From: Bacteroidota bacterium
Lineage (GTDB): Bacteria > Bacteroidota > Ignavibacteria > UBA10030 > UBA8401
NCBI GenBank assembly: GCA_041665525.1
Contig: JBAYIS010000004.1
Coordinates: forward strand, 46,996 to 110,995
Direction: 5' to 3'
Length of the DNA stretch: 64,000 nucleotides
The notes beneath the pieces were generated by a model. The model worked only from the letters and a program-made list of their open reading frames with translations, did no database searches and had not been told where the DNA came from. Within the stretch, counting starts at the first letter, position 1. Every line of letters starts with the position of its first letter. Shown here in pieces: positions 36,710 to 46,301 of this stretch. The translations under genes and the position numbers were made by a program.

Positions 36710-37219
36710 ATGGCAGATGTAGATTTATCGCAATCGAAAGGAAAACAAAAACACGGCGGGAAGAAGAAGCGTAAACGCATCAATGTACGCATCGATATGA
36801 CGCCGATGGTGGACGTGGCGTTTCTGCTGTTGACCTTTTTCATGCTGACGACATCAATGAGCAAGCCTCAGACGATGGAGATCAACTTACCCCCGTCGGA
36901 TACCAAAGCGGACGTCGCCGAATCCAATCTTTTAACGCTCCGCATTACAGAAGATTTTCGAGTTTTCTGGAATGTCGGTACGGAAAAGCCGGTAACAGTG
37001 GATGGGGCAAATAAAAAAGAACGACTGATCAACCTGGGTAAATTACTGAAAGAACGGAGTCGAGCGAATCCTAAATTGATCACCTTGATCAAAGTGGATG
37101 GCAAGGCGAAGTATATTGATATGGTGGATGTGATGGACGAACTGAACATCAACGATATATCCCGCTTCAGTCTTGCGCCGATGGAAGATAAAGACAAAAA
37201 AGAAATAGGTACATTGTAA
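36710..37219 (+). CDS. exbD: ExbD/TolR biopolymer transport protein (second copy)
   Basis: DMTPMVDVAFLLLTFFMLT. Confidence 0.85.
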   Translation: MADVDLSQSKGKQKHGGKKKRKRINVRIDMTPMVDVAFLLLTFFMLTTSMSKPQTMEINLPPSDTKADVAESNLLTLRITEDFRVFWNVGTEKPVTVDGANKKERLINLGKLLKERSRANPKLITLIKVDGKAKYIDMVDVMDELNINDISRFSLAPMEDKDKKEIGTL

Positions 37220-37256
37220 TTGTCGAAGAACAATGTAATTCAATGGAGATAGTATT

Positions 37257-37991
37257 ATGGCAATAACAACAACCGAGAAACTAGGCTACGGGTATCAAGA
37301 GCTGCGGTTGCTATCCAGAAAGTATTCCGTTACCGCCTTGATCATCGCAGGGAGTTTCCATTTTTTTGGGATGGGAGCCTATTACGGTGTGCAGGCATTG
37401 CTCGAAGAAGACGAACCCGTGTATTCCGTCCGGATTATGAAATACAGCGACCTCGGCCCGCCTCCGTCCATCACCAACTCCCAGGCAGCGCCGGCCGTTT
37501 CCGTGGAAGCGCCAGTGGCAAAACCCACCGTCGGTACACCAGTGCCTGTTCCGGATGCTGAAATCAACCCGGAACAGACGATTGCAACACAGGAGGAGAT
37601 GGCATCTACGGCGCCGATCGGTGATGGTGAAGGAGCCGGAGGACCGGTGGAAATTGAATCTGATATTAAGATTGAAGAAGACGGACCGCCACCGGATTTT
37701 GTGCCGGTGGAAAAACAACCGCAGCCTCTTCCGGGGAATAATCCCGCTCCGGTTTATCCAGAGATTGCCCGCAGGGCCGGTGTCGAGGGAACCGTATGGG
37801 TGAAGATTTGGGTCGATAAAGAAGGAAATCCGAAAAAGGCGCAAGTGTTGAAATCGGATGCAGAACTGTTCAATCAGCCGGCAATTGATGCCGCAATGAA
37901 GTGGAAATTCACCCCCGCCATTATGAACAACGGCCCCGTTGCAGTGTGGGTCTCAATTCCATTCAAATTTAAATTGAACGCTGGGCGGTAA
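37257..37991 (+). CDS. tonB: Energy transducer TonB
   Basis: TM anchor, Pro-rich linker (PPPDFVPVEKQPQPLP), and C-terminus PVYPEIARRAGVEGTVWVKIWVDKEGNPKKAQVLKS. Confidence 0.8.
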   Translation: MAITTTEKLGYGYQELRLLSRKYSVTALIIAGSFHFFGMGAYYGVQALLEEDEPVYSVRIMKYSDLGPPPSITNSQAAPAVSVEAPVAKPTVGTPVPVPDAEINPEQTIATQEEMASTAPIGDGEGAGGPVEIESDIKIEEDGPPPDFVPVEKQPQPLPGNNPAPVYPEIARRAGVEGTVWVKIWVDKEGNPKKAQVLKSDAELFNQPAIDAAMKWKFTPAIMNNGPVAVWVSIPFKFKLNAGR

Positions 37992-37999
37992 CGGTTACG

Positions 38000-38218
38000 A
38001 TGGATCCTTCGAAAATTTTTGTGTACTTCGGGTATGCAATGTCGGGTGTGTTCTTGGTGATGGGGGTGTATGTGCTTTTCTTCTTCCCGGAAGAGATCCA
38101 TCTTCCGGGAAAGTTCCGCGTGATGTTCGGTGTTGTGCTTCTTCTGTACAGTGTTTATCGTTTCATTTCACTCCGAATCAAACAACGGCAAGCAGATGAA
38201 GAACATCAGTTTGAATAG
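38000..38218 (+). CDS. Small two-TM membrane protein, hypothetical
   Basis: A 72-aa ORF 9 nt after tonB with two hydrophobic helices. It overlaps the next gene's start by about 20 nt. Coding is not verified. Confidence 0.35.
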   Translation: MDPSKIFVYFGYAMSGVFLVMGVYVLFFFPEEIHLPGKFRVMFGVVLLLYSVYRFISLRIKQRQADEEHQFE

Positions 38219-39134
38219 CATACGTCGTTTGTTCTTCGCTCTTACTTCCGCAGTACTCGTCATGTCGTGTTCCAGTGAAAAACGTGAAACGCTCACCAGC
38301 GGAACGTTTACGATGATTACATCGGAAGACCTCTTTCCGGTTATTGATATTCAAGCGACCGATTTCCAACGGATGTATGACCAGGTTACAATCAACAATA
38401 TTTCTGCTTCCACGCGGGAGGCGTTCGTTCAGCTCTTGAACGACAGCATCAAATTGGTCGTGTGTGCCCGTCCGTTGAATAACGAAGAACGTACCGTTGC
38501 GGTAAAGAATGAGTTTGAGATCGATTCTGTGAAGATCGCGTATGACGGTGTTGCCGTCATTGTGAATGAAAAAAATGCATTGACGAGACTGACGACGGTT
38601 GAATTAAAAGATATCCTTACCGGTGCGACGGGACGATGGTCCGCTGTAAAGGGATCGCGGCTTTCCAGTGCTGTTGTGATCGCCATGGGTGATCCGAACA
38701 GCGGAGTGCATGAGTTTATGAAAACACGTGTCGCCGGAGACGTACCGCTGTCGAACACTGTTGTTTCGTGTGCGAATACTCCCGAAGTACTGGCATTGGT
38801 GAACGACCGACCGAATGCGATCGGATGCATCGGCACGGCATGGTTATCGAAATTGCCCCAAGGCGTTCGCGTGCTGGAGATCGGCGATCCGCAATTCCGG
38901 CGCGATAGTACATCCACAACGATGGAATATTTTCAACCGCACCAGGCGTACATCTATCAACGGTATTACCCGCTGACACGGACCATTTATATTTATTCCC
39001 TGAATGTCGGCAAGGGACCGGGGTTAGGATTTACATCGTTCGCTGCAAGTTCCGACGGCCAGAAAATTATTGTTTCCAACGGTTTGGTCCCGGCCACGAT
39101 GCCGGTCCGGCTGGTTCAATTAAATACCCCATAA
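38196..39134 (+). CDS. PstS-like phosphate-binding (PBP-fold) lipoprotein that belongs to the TonB cluster
   Basis: Lipobox VMSCSS. Periplasmic-binding-protein-like sequence. Its position after exbB-exbD-exbD-tonB matches the conserved Bacteroidota/Chlorobi arrangement. Confidence 0.65.
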   Translation: MKNISLNSIRRLFFALTSAVLVMSCSSEKRETLTSGTFTMITSEDLFPVIDIQATDFQRMYDQVTINNISASTREAFVQLLNDSIKLVVCARPLNNEERTVAVKNEFEIDSVKIAYDGVAVIVNEKNALTRLTTVELKDILTGATGRWSAVKGSRLSSAVVIAMGDPNSGVHEFMKTRVAGDVPLSNTVVSCANTPEVLALVNDRPNAIGCIGTAWLSKLPQGVRVLEIGDPQFRRDSTSTTMEYFQPHQAYIYQRYYPLTRTIYIYSLNVGKGPGLGFTSFAASSDGQKIIVSNGLVPATMPVRLVQLNTP

Positions 39135-39147
39135 TCGCAAAGGAAGA

Positions 39148-40875
39148 ATGATGAAAGTTTTCGTTTCGGTACTACTTCTTGTTTCGTTCAGCATTGCACA
39201 ACAGGATGACTTGGCCCTGGGAAAGGGTGCTTTCAATAAAAGTTCATATGACGAAACAATTCAGTACATGCAGAAATACCTGGTGAATAATTCGCGCAGC
39301 GTCGAAGCGTATTACTATATTGGAGAATCCTACAGGATGAAAGGCGATCTGCAAAACGCTATCACCTCGCTGGAACGGGCGCTGGATTATGACGATGAAT
39401 ATGAGCCTGCTCTTGTTTCCATCATCCGTGTGTATGGCTCTCTGGCAATGTGGGACCAGGCAGCGAAACGGTTCAAGACAGCAGAGAAATACCACAAAAC
39501 AAGTACACTGGCGCCGATTGCCTATGGTCAGGCGTTATTAGAGAAGGATTCGCTGGACAAAGCGTCAATCTATTTTTCGAAAGCCAAAGAGATCGATCAG
39601 AACAATGTGGAAGCGTATGTCGGATTATCCGAAGTCTACGCTCGCCAAAACGTGATCGTGCTGGCGGAATCAAATCTTCGTACTGCAACGCAACTGCGTC
39701 CGACGGATCCGGCCCTCTGGTATCGACTTGCGACCACCATCCTGAAGAACCGCGGTTTGAATGCTTCACAGATACAAGAGATTATTGCTGCCCTGCAAAA
39801 ATCGATCGAGCTGGATCCGACGAATGATAAAGCCATCTACGATGCGGCGAATACCATGTACCGCACCAAAGCATATTGGCGTGAAGCGGCGGAATTCTTT
39901 AAGCGTTACGTTGAACTGAAGAAAGACAATGCCGAAGCATGGGAAAAGTATGCGATTTCCATGTACAATGCAAAAGCCTATAAAGAGGCCATTCCGGTGC
40001 TGGAGCAAGCGATAAAGATGAATCCCAACAGTGCGGAGATGAAACCGATGCTGGCTCATTCCTATTATCTTGCAAAAGAATATCAGAAATCTCTGACACT
40101 GTATAAATCGTTCCCGATTGATTCGCTGACCGTTGATGAAGTATACCGAATGGGATTTTCCTTCTATCAGATTAAGGACACGGTAAATGCGATCACCTAT
40201 CTGGAACGGACACTCAAACTGGAGAAGGACAATACGGATGCCATCGGAACCCTAGCCGCAATATTCCTGAATAAAAAGAATTACGAGAAGGCGGGAGGAT
40301 ATTACGAACAACTTCTGGCGAAGGATCCTCGAAACGTCACGGCGCTGTTCTATGCAGGATTCTCATATTACGTTCTGGGAAAGACCGACACTGCGAAAAA
40401 CTATTATAAACAATTGATTGCCCTTCGACCGAACAATATGCAGTCGCATCAATATCTGGTGCAAATTTACAGTCAGCAGGATTCTTTGGACCGTGGACGA
40501 TATCATGCGAATATTCTGATAGCCCTTGCGGACAGTGCAATTAAGGCAGATCCTTCAAAAGTAGTCCAGAATACACAGCTGGCAATGAGTGGATACCGCA
40601 TGCTGGCATTGTTCGAATACCGCGAAAAGGATATCAAAGGAGCGATTGAACAACTGGAAAAAGCTACTGCCTATGAGAAAGAGAAAAAGGACGAGGGTCT
40701 TCATCTGTTTTTAGCACAGATGTATGCAGTACAAAGCGGCGATAAGGAATTGCTGCTGGAAGAGGCGAAAAAGATCAAAGAACGCGCCTGTCAGGAATAT
40801 GCATTGGTACTGAAGATCAACCCAAAAAACGCAGCGGCAAAGAAAGAATCCGGTCAAATGAATTGCGGAAAATAA
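39148..40875 (+). CDS. Tetratricopeptide-repeat protein (TonB-cluster TPR protein)
   Basis: Many 34-aa TPR units (AYYYIGESYRMKGDLQNAITSLERALDYD...). Signal peptide. Confidence 0.8.
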   Translation: MMKVFVSVLLLVSFSIAQQDDLALGKGAFNKSSYDETIQYMQKYLVNNSRSVEAYYYIGESYRMKGDLQNAITSLERALDYDDEYEPALVSIIRVYGSLAMWDQAAKRFKTAEKYHKTSTLAPIAYGQALLEKDSLDKASIYFSKAKEIDQNNVEAYVGLSEVYARQNVIVLAESNLRTATQLRPTDPALWYRLATTILKNRGLNASQIQEIIAALQKSIELDPTNDKAIYDAANTMYRTKAYWREAAEFFKRYVELKKDNAEAWEKYAISMYNAKAYKEAIPVLEQAIKMNPNSAEMKPMLAHSYYLAKEYQKSLTLYKSFPIDSLTVDEVYRMGFSFYQIKDTVNAITYLERTLKLEKDNTDAIGTLAAIFLNKKNYEKAGGYYEQLLAKDPRNVTALFYAGFSYYVLGKTDTAKNYYKQLIALRPNNMQSHQYLVQIYSQQDSLDRGRYHANILIALADSAIKADPSKVVQNTQLAMSGYRMLALFEYREKDIKGAIEQLEKATAYEKEKKDEGLHLFLAQMYAVQSGDKELLLEEAKKIKERACQEYALVLKINPKNAAAKKESGQMNCGK

Positions 40876-40917
40876 ACCTCACACATTTTCACTCAACCTA
40901 TCTATAGAAGGTGAACT

Positions 40918-41991
40918 ATGAAAAAACTCTCTTCGTCTCTTCCGTTCCTCGTTATGCTCCTGTTGAGTATCGGCATCGCCGGGATCATCAGCTCCTGCCA
41001 GAAAAAAGCGGAATTGCCCACCGTTGAAGTGTGGGAAACATTCCAGGATCCGATCAACGGATTGGAAGTGCAGTATCCTAAAGGGTGGCTGATGAATACA
41101 GATCCGAAACGGACAAAAGTGTATTCATCACAAGTTGTCGCCGATAAGTTCTACGAGGTCTATTCTCAGGGAAGCACAACCGTTAACTCCGAACAAGGGG
41201 GCGTGGAGATCGAAATCAGCTCAGAAAAGTTCAAAGATGCCGGTGTCGGAACAATCGAAGAATATAAAGCGACAACCATGCAGAACTATTCAGCATTAAA
41301 CCTTGCTGGCGAACAACCAGCGATGATCGGCAAGGAAAACGGTTTCAAATTCTCTTTTAAAGTGAAGGTCGGAAAAGAAACAGTACTGCAGGGCGAAAAG
41401 ATGATCGTAGCCCACGACAGTACTTTCTATACCGTCAGCATCTCCGGCTTTAATGATTATTTCGATGTGTATAAACCGCTGCTGGAAAAGATCGTGGAAA
41501 CGGTTAAATTACCGAAACCGAAAGTCTCTTATAAAGATCCCAATGCGGCAGCATTGCCGTCGCCGGAACTGACAACCTTCAGCAATGACTTTGTGGAATT
41601 CAAGCATCCGGACAATTTTGAAGTAAGTATGCCGAAAGAAAAGAAGGGCGGATCGCTTGTGACGTTGCATTTGGAAGGACTTCGGAAGGATTGCACGATT
41701 GACATCGATGCTTTTGCAACGAAGACCGACAAGGGAGAAGTAAAGTTCGAGAAATTCGTGGAGGACAATAAAACGAAATTCAAACCAAAATCGACAGGCT
41801 CGGTAAAGATCGACGGTCAGGACGCAGTTGTTGTAACCGCAACTCCTCCGGCTAAGGATATCGAACGAACCGTGTATTTCGTCACCAAAGGTGAAAAGAT
41901 CTATCAGTTGGTCGTCACCTGGTATAAACCTCTGACGAACGATTTCAAGCCGGCGTTTGATAAAGTTGTAGAATCACTGAAACTGAAATAA
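40918..41991 (+). CDS. Hypothetical lipoprotein with two internally duplicated halves
   Basis: Lipobox IISSC. Two similar segments (QDPINGLEVQYPKGW / FVEFKHPDNFEV). Confidence 0.45.
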   Translation: MKKLSSSLPFLVMLLLSIGIAGIISSCQKKAELPTVEVWETFQDPINGLEVQYPKGWLMNTDPKRTKVYSSQVVADKFYEVYSQGSTTVNSEQGGVEIEISSEKFKDAGVGTIEEYKATTMQNYSALNLAGEQPAMIGKENGFKFSFKVKVGKETVLQGEKMIVAHDSTFYTVSISGFNDYFDVYKPLLEKIVETVKLPKPKVSYKDPNAAALPSPELTTFSNDFVEFKHPDNFEVSMPKEKKGGSLVTLHLEGLRKDCTIDIDAFATKTDKGEVKFEKFVEDNKTKFKPKSTGSVKIDGQDAVVVTATPPAKDIERTVYFVTKGEKIYQLVVTWYKPLTNDFKPAFDKVVESLKLK

Positions 41992-42063
41992 ACATCAACA
42001 CATATCAGAACGAATGCCGGAATGTGTTAAATTTCGGCATTCTTTTTTTAGGAAAGCAAATAC

Positions 42064-42591
42064 ATGGATTTTAAGGATCTTCCAGTCGGTAAGGATTTCC
42101 CCCGCGTTATCAATGCTGTTGTCGAAATACCCAAGGGGAGCAGGAACAAATACGAATACGATGTCGAACTCGGCGTTTTCAAACTGGACCGGGTACTCTA
42201 TTCCTCAATGCACTATCCTGAAGCATACGGATTTGTTCCGAGTACATTGTGGGACGATGGTGATCCGTTGGACATCCTGATCTTCATCGATCAGCCGTTG
42301 TTCACCGGCGTTGTGGTGGAAGTGAAGCCAATCGGTATCTTACGCATGCGAGATGAAAAGGGACCGGATGATAAATTACTTTCGGTTGCGGTTAATGACC
42401 CCATCTTCGGGAGTTATAATGATGTTCGGGAAGTTCCGAGGCATCTTCTGGTGGAAATCGAGCACTTTTTTACCAGCTATAAATTGCTGGAAGGAAAACA
42501 CGTAGAGAGTTTCGGTTGGGATAATGTTGTGGTCGCACTTGCCTCCGTGAAATTGGGTCACGAAAAGTATAAAAAGGCGAAGAACAAGTGA
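42064..42591 (+). CDS. ppa: Inorganic pyrophosphatase
   Basis: INAVVEIPKGSRNKYEYD and DGDPLDILI are family I PPase motifs. Confidence 0.9.
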   Translation: MDFKDLPVGKDFPRVINAVVEIPKGSRNKYEYDVELGVFKLDRVLYSSMHYPEAYGFVPSTLWDDGDPLDILIFIDQPLFTGVVVEVKPIGILRMRDEKGPDDKLLSVAVNDPIFGSYNDVREVPRHLLVEIEHFFTSYKLLEGKHVESFGWDNVVVALASVKLGHEKYKKAKNK

Positions 42592-42768
42592 TGCACCGGC
42601 ATCCCGTGTATGAAAATGTAGTTGAGTCGTTTCATTTTCCTTATCACCGCCTTCTGAAACACTAAAACGATGATTGAAGTCGTTTCATGAAGTAGCAAAC
42701 TGCTGATGCGCTTCGGGAATCTGAAAGTTGTGTAAAAATTTATAATTTATAATAGTGAAACGGTCGGT

Positions 42769-43599
42769 ATGAAAAGCATAACGATAATTGGTGCCGGAGC
42801 AGTAGGTCGATCTCTTGCTCTTGTGTTTTCCCGGAGCGGTGTGACCGTGTCCGGCATCTATTCGGAGCACGGCAGGTCTGCGGCTTCCGCGGCAAAAAAG
42901 GTTAAAGTGAAACACTTCGGAACACTCGAAGAGTTCAGAGCCGATTCTTCAGTTATTATTATTGCCGTTCCTGATGGTAGGATCACAGACGTATCACGCA
43001 CACTCGCTTCGCTTGGCTCCGGGTTGAGAGGAAAAATAGTGCTGCACACTTCCGGCGCTCTTTCCAGCGATGAATTATCGATGTTGCGAAAACATGGAGC
43101 TTCAGTCGGATCCTTTCATCCGTTGCAGACTTTTCCGAAATCTCTTCCGGTTACGTCGATGAAGAATATTTGGTTTGCATTGGAAGGGGATGACCGTGCG
43201 ATCTCTGTGTCGAGATCGCTTGCAAAAATAATCGGTGCACGAACTTTTCTGCTGACGAAGAAAAATAAAACACTCTATCACATCGCAGCTGTTTTTGCTT
43301 CAAATTATCAGGTAGCTCTCTTCTCGGTTGTTGAAGAGTTATCATCGGTTTTGGATATTCCCAAGCATCAACTGTGGAACATCTTCAAGCCGCTGATCAC
43401 TCAGACATTGAACAATGTGTTTGCGACATCACCGGTCGAAGCGTTGACGGGACCGATCGCGAGGGGCGACTATAAGACCATCTCAAAACATCTTGCGGTT
43501 CTCGAGGCTTCAAAAAAAATGAAACATCTCATTCCATTATATTCCACCCTTGGTGTTGAAACCGCCAAACTTGCGAAACGAAAAAATAATGCTCGTTGA
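42769..43599 (+). CDS. Rossmann-fold NAD(P)-binding protein with a DUF2520-like C-terminus (ProC-like)
   Basis: ITIIGAGAVGRSLA dinucleotide-binding motif at the N-terminus. Confidence 0.6.
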   Translation: MKSITIIGAGAVGRSLALVFSRSGVTVSGIYSEHGRSAASAAKKVKVKHFGTLEEFRADSSVIIIAVPDGRITDVSRTLASLGSGLRGKIVLHTSGALSSDELSMLRKHGASVGSFHPLQTFPKSLPVTSMKNIWFALEGDDRAISVSRSLAKIIGARTFLLTKKNKTLYHIAAVFASNYQVALFSVVEELSSVLDIPKHQLWNIFKPLITQTLNNVFATSPVEALTGPIARGDYKTISKHLAVLEASKKMKHLIPLYSTLGVETAKLAKRKNNAR

Positions 43600-44386
43600 T
43601 TATCATACCCATAACTACCTCTGCAAACATGCGGACGGCACGCTCGAAGACTATGTCCAGCACGCGATTAAGATCGGCTTGAAAGAGATCGGGCTATCTG
43701 ATCACACGCCGATGCCTGATGCGTGGGATATTGAAGTGCGGATGACCGAAGATCAGTTCTGGTCCGAATATTCGCCGACGGTCCGTTCGTTGCAGGAAAA
43801 GTACAAAGGACAAATCGCGATCAAGTTTGCGCTGGAAGGGGATTTCTTCCCGGGGACGGAACAATGGGTAAAGGCATTCAATGCTAAGAGCGATTTTGAT
43901 TATGTGATCGGTTCTGTACATTATCTTGGTGAATGGGGATTTGATAATCCTCAGTTTGTCACGACATACGATGTAAAAGATGTCAATGAAATCTATACAG
44001 AGTATTACGATCATATTTCACGGTCTGCCCGATGTGGATTGTTCGATATTATCGGGCATTGCGATTTAGTGAAAAAATTCGGTCATCGCCCGACTAAAAA
44101 CATGGAAGAGATTCTGCGCGAGACATTCAAAATAGTGAAACACGCCGGCATGGCGGTGGAGATCAATACTTCTGGACTTCGCAAACCCGTCCGTGAAATG
44201 TATCCGAGTGAATCAATCCTGAAAATAGTTTCCGAATTCGGAATTCCGCTTACACTGGGATCAGATGCTCATTCGCCGGCCGATGTCGGCAAGGATTTCG
44301 ATCTGGCGAAACAATTGGTGGAAAAATACGGCAATGGAAAGATATCCATTTATAACAAACGGCAACGGAGCGAAATTGCCATATAA
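43589..44386 (+). CDS. PHP-domain histidinol-phosphatase family protein (HisJ-like)
   Basis: MLVDYHTHN N-terminus (His-x-His). GSVHY and DIIGHCD motifs. The Met at 43589 is chosen because it gives the conserved start. Confidence 0.7.
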   Translation: MLVDYHTHNYLCKHADGTLEDYVQHAIKIGLKEIGLSDHTPMPDAWDIEVRMTEDQFWSEYSPTVRSLQEKYKGQIAIKFALEGDFFPGTEQWVKAFNAKSDFDYVIGSVHYLGEWGFDNPQFVTTYDVKDVNEIYTEYYDHISRSARCGLFDIIGHCDLVKKFGHRPTKNMEEILRETFKIVKHAGMAVEINTSGLRKPVREMYPSESILKIVSEFGIPLTLGSDAHSPADVGKDFDLAKQLVEKYGNGKISIYNKRQRSEIAI

Positions 44387-44387
44387 A

Positions 44388-44843
44388 ATGGATAAACGAA
44401 TCATCATTATTGCATTATTGACGGTGCTCGCCGTAGTGCTTACGGTAGTTCGGGAATCGAACGACGCCGGTGCGATGACTTTTTCTCTTCTGTCTACCAC
44501 AAAGCAGGAGATATCAGGTGACCGGGTTCATCGTATGGCTGATACTACACTGCGCGCACTGGGGATCAAAAAAGAGTTTATCCGTCCGGTAAAGAACCGG
44601 AAGGATGTACGCGTGCTGATGCCTTCGACTTTTGATCCAATTTCTTTCGTCAAAGCGATGAAGGATTCATTGGACGAGTTTAACGCACAGATCATATCTA
44701 TCGAGAATGCCAAAGAGAAGACCTCCATTGTCCAGATAAAGGATGAGGAAGAGATTCTCAGGAGTTATATTTTCAGCAAAGAACCTGTCACAGCTATAAA
44801 GAAAGGAGTTTCACCATCGGTACCAAAGAAACAACCTCGGTAA
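44388..44843 (+). CDS. Hypothetical membrane-anchored protein
   Basis: MDKRIIIIALLTVLAVVLTV anchor. The ORF is 151 aa. Confidence 0.4.
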   Translation: MDKRIIIIALLTVLAVVLTVVRESNDAGAMTFSLLSTTKQEISGDRVHRMADTTLRALGIKKEFIRPVKNRKDVRVLMPSTFDPISFVKAMKDSLDEFNAQIISIENAKEKTSIVQIKDEEEILRSYIFSKEPVTAIKKGVSPSVPKKQPR

Positions 44844-46279
44844 TGGAAAAGATCGTGTCGCTGGCAAAGCGGCGCGGGTTTGTATTCCAATCAAGTGAAA
44901 TATACGGTGGGCTCAACGGATGCTGGGACTACGGTCCGTTGGGAGTTGAATTGCTGAACAATCTTAAGCAGACGTGGTGGCGTTCCATGACCTACCGTGA
45001 TGATATCGAAGGTGTTGATGCCTCCATATTAATGCATCCGCGGGTTTGGGAAGCCTCCGGTCATGTGGCCAATTTCACCGATCCTATGGTGGATTGTAAA
45101 CAGTGCAAAGCACGATATCGCGTTGATGTATTGATGGATGAATTGAACACGAAGAAAAAAAAGGATGTCTTGCGGGAGATGTTCCCGGGAGAATTCGAAG
45201 GGCAACAGGCGGACGAGAAGATCAATACAGAGTTTACTGCACGAATATCAGACGATGCGTCCGTCGCAACGGCGATGAAGAGCATTGCCTGTCCGAACTG
45301 CGGTACGAAAGCATCGTTCACCGATGCGCGCCAATTCAATTTAATGTTCAAGACATTCGTCGGTCCCGTGGAGGACACGAACAATGCGGTCTATCTCCGT
45401 CCTGAAACCGCTCAGGGAATTTTCGTCAATTTCTTGAATGTCCAGAATGCTTCGCGGCAAAAACTTCCGTTCGGGATAGCGCAGATCGGCAAAGCGTTTC
45501 GCAATGAGATCAACACGAAGAATTTCCTTTTCCGGACACGCGAGTTCGAACAGATGGAGATGCAGTATTTCGTCAAACCGGGTGAAGAGGATAAGTTCTT
45601 CGAGTACTGGCGCGGCGAACGAATGCAATGGTTCCTGGACCTGGGTATGAAACAGGAGAATCTGCAGTGGCATAAGCATGAAAAACTTGCCCATTATGCG
45701 AAAGCGGCATTCGATATCGAATTCAAATTTCCGTTCGGATGGGGTGAGATCGAAGGGATCCACAGCCGGACGAATTTCGACCTGTCCCAACACGAACAAT
45801 TTTCAAGTAAGTCGTTGAAATATTTCGATGAACAGTCGAAAGAGAAATTCGTACCATTTGTGATTGAAACATCTGCGGGAGCGAGCCGTTCGTTCATGGC
45901 GTTTCTATGCGCTGCATATGACGAAGAAATGGTCGAAGGCCCCGAAGGGGGAGGAGAGATGCGCACAGTTCTGCACTTGCATCCCAAACTGGCGCCAATG
46001 AAGGCAGCGATTTTGCCGCTGGTGAACCGGGACGGGATGGACGACATCGCCCGGAAGATGACTAAAGACCTGCAAAAATATTTTCGCGTATTTTATGATG
46101 ACAGTGGTGCCATCGGCCGGCGGTACCGTCGGCAGGACGAAATAGGAACGCCGTTCTGTTTCACCGTGGATTCTCAAACCCTACAGGACCAAACGGTCAC
46201 TGTTCGCGAACGGGATACGATGAAACAGGATCGTGTATCGATGGACAGCGTACAGGAATATCTACTGACGCGGATGTAA
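44843..46279 (+). CDS. glyQS: Glycine--tRNA ligase (dimeric class II GlyQS form)
   Basis: N-terminus VFQSSEIYGGLNGCWDYGPLGVELLNNLK. Class II motifs. The ORF is 478 aa. Confidence 0.9.
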   Translation: MEKIVSLAKRRGFVFQSSEIYGGLNGCWDYGPLGVELLNNLKQTWWRSMTYRDDIEGVDASILMHPRVWEASGHVANFTDPMVDCKQCKARYRVDVLMDELNTKKKKDVLREMFPGEFEGQQADEKINTEFTARISDDASVATAMKSIACPNCGTKASFTDARQFNLMFKTFVGPVEDTNNAVYLRPETAQGIFVNFLNVQNASRQKLPFGIAQIGKAFRNEINTKNFLFRTREFEQMEMQYFVKPGEEDKFFEYWRGERMQWFLDLGMKQENLQWHKHEKLAHYAKAAFDIEFKFPFGWGEIEGIHSRTNFDLSQHEQFSSKSLKYFDEQSKEKFVPFVIETSAGASRSFMAFLCAAYDEEMVEGPEGGGEMRTVLHLHPKLAPMKAAILPLVNRDGMDDIARKMTKDLQKYFRVFYDDSGAIGRRYRRQDEIGTPFCFTVDSQTLQDQTVTVRERDTMKQDRVSMDSVQEYLLTRM

Positions 46280-46301
46280 TCGTACCAATGGCGGAACATC
46301 C

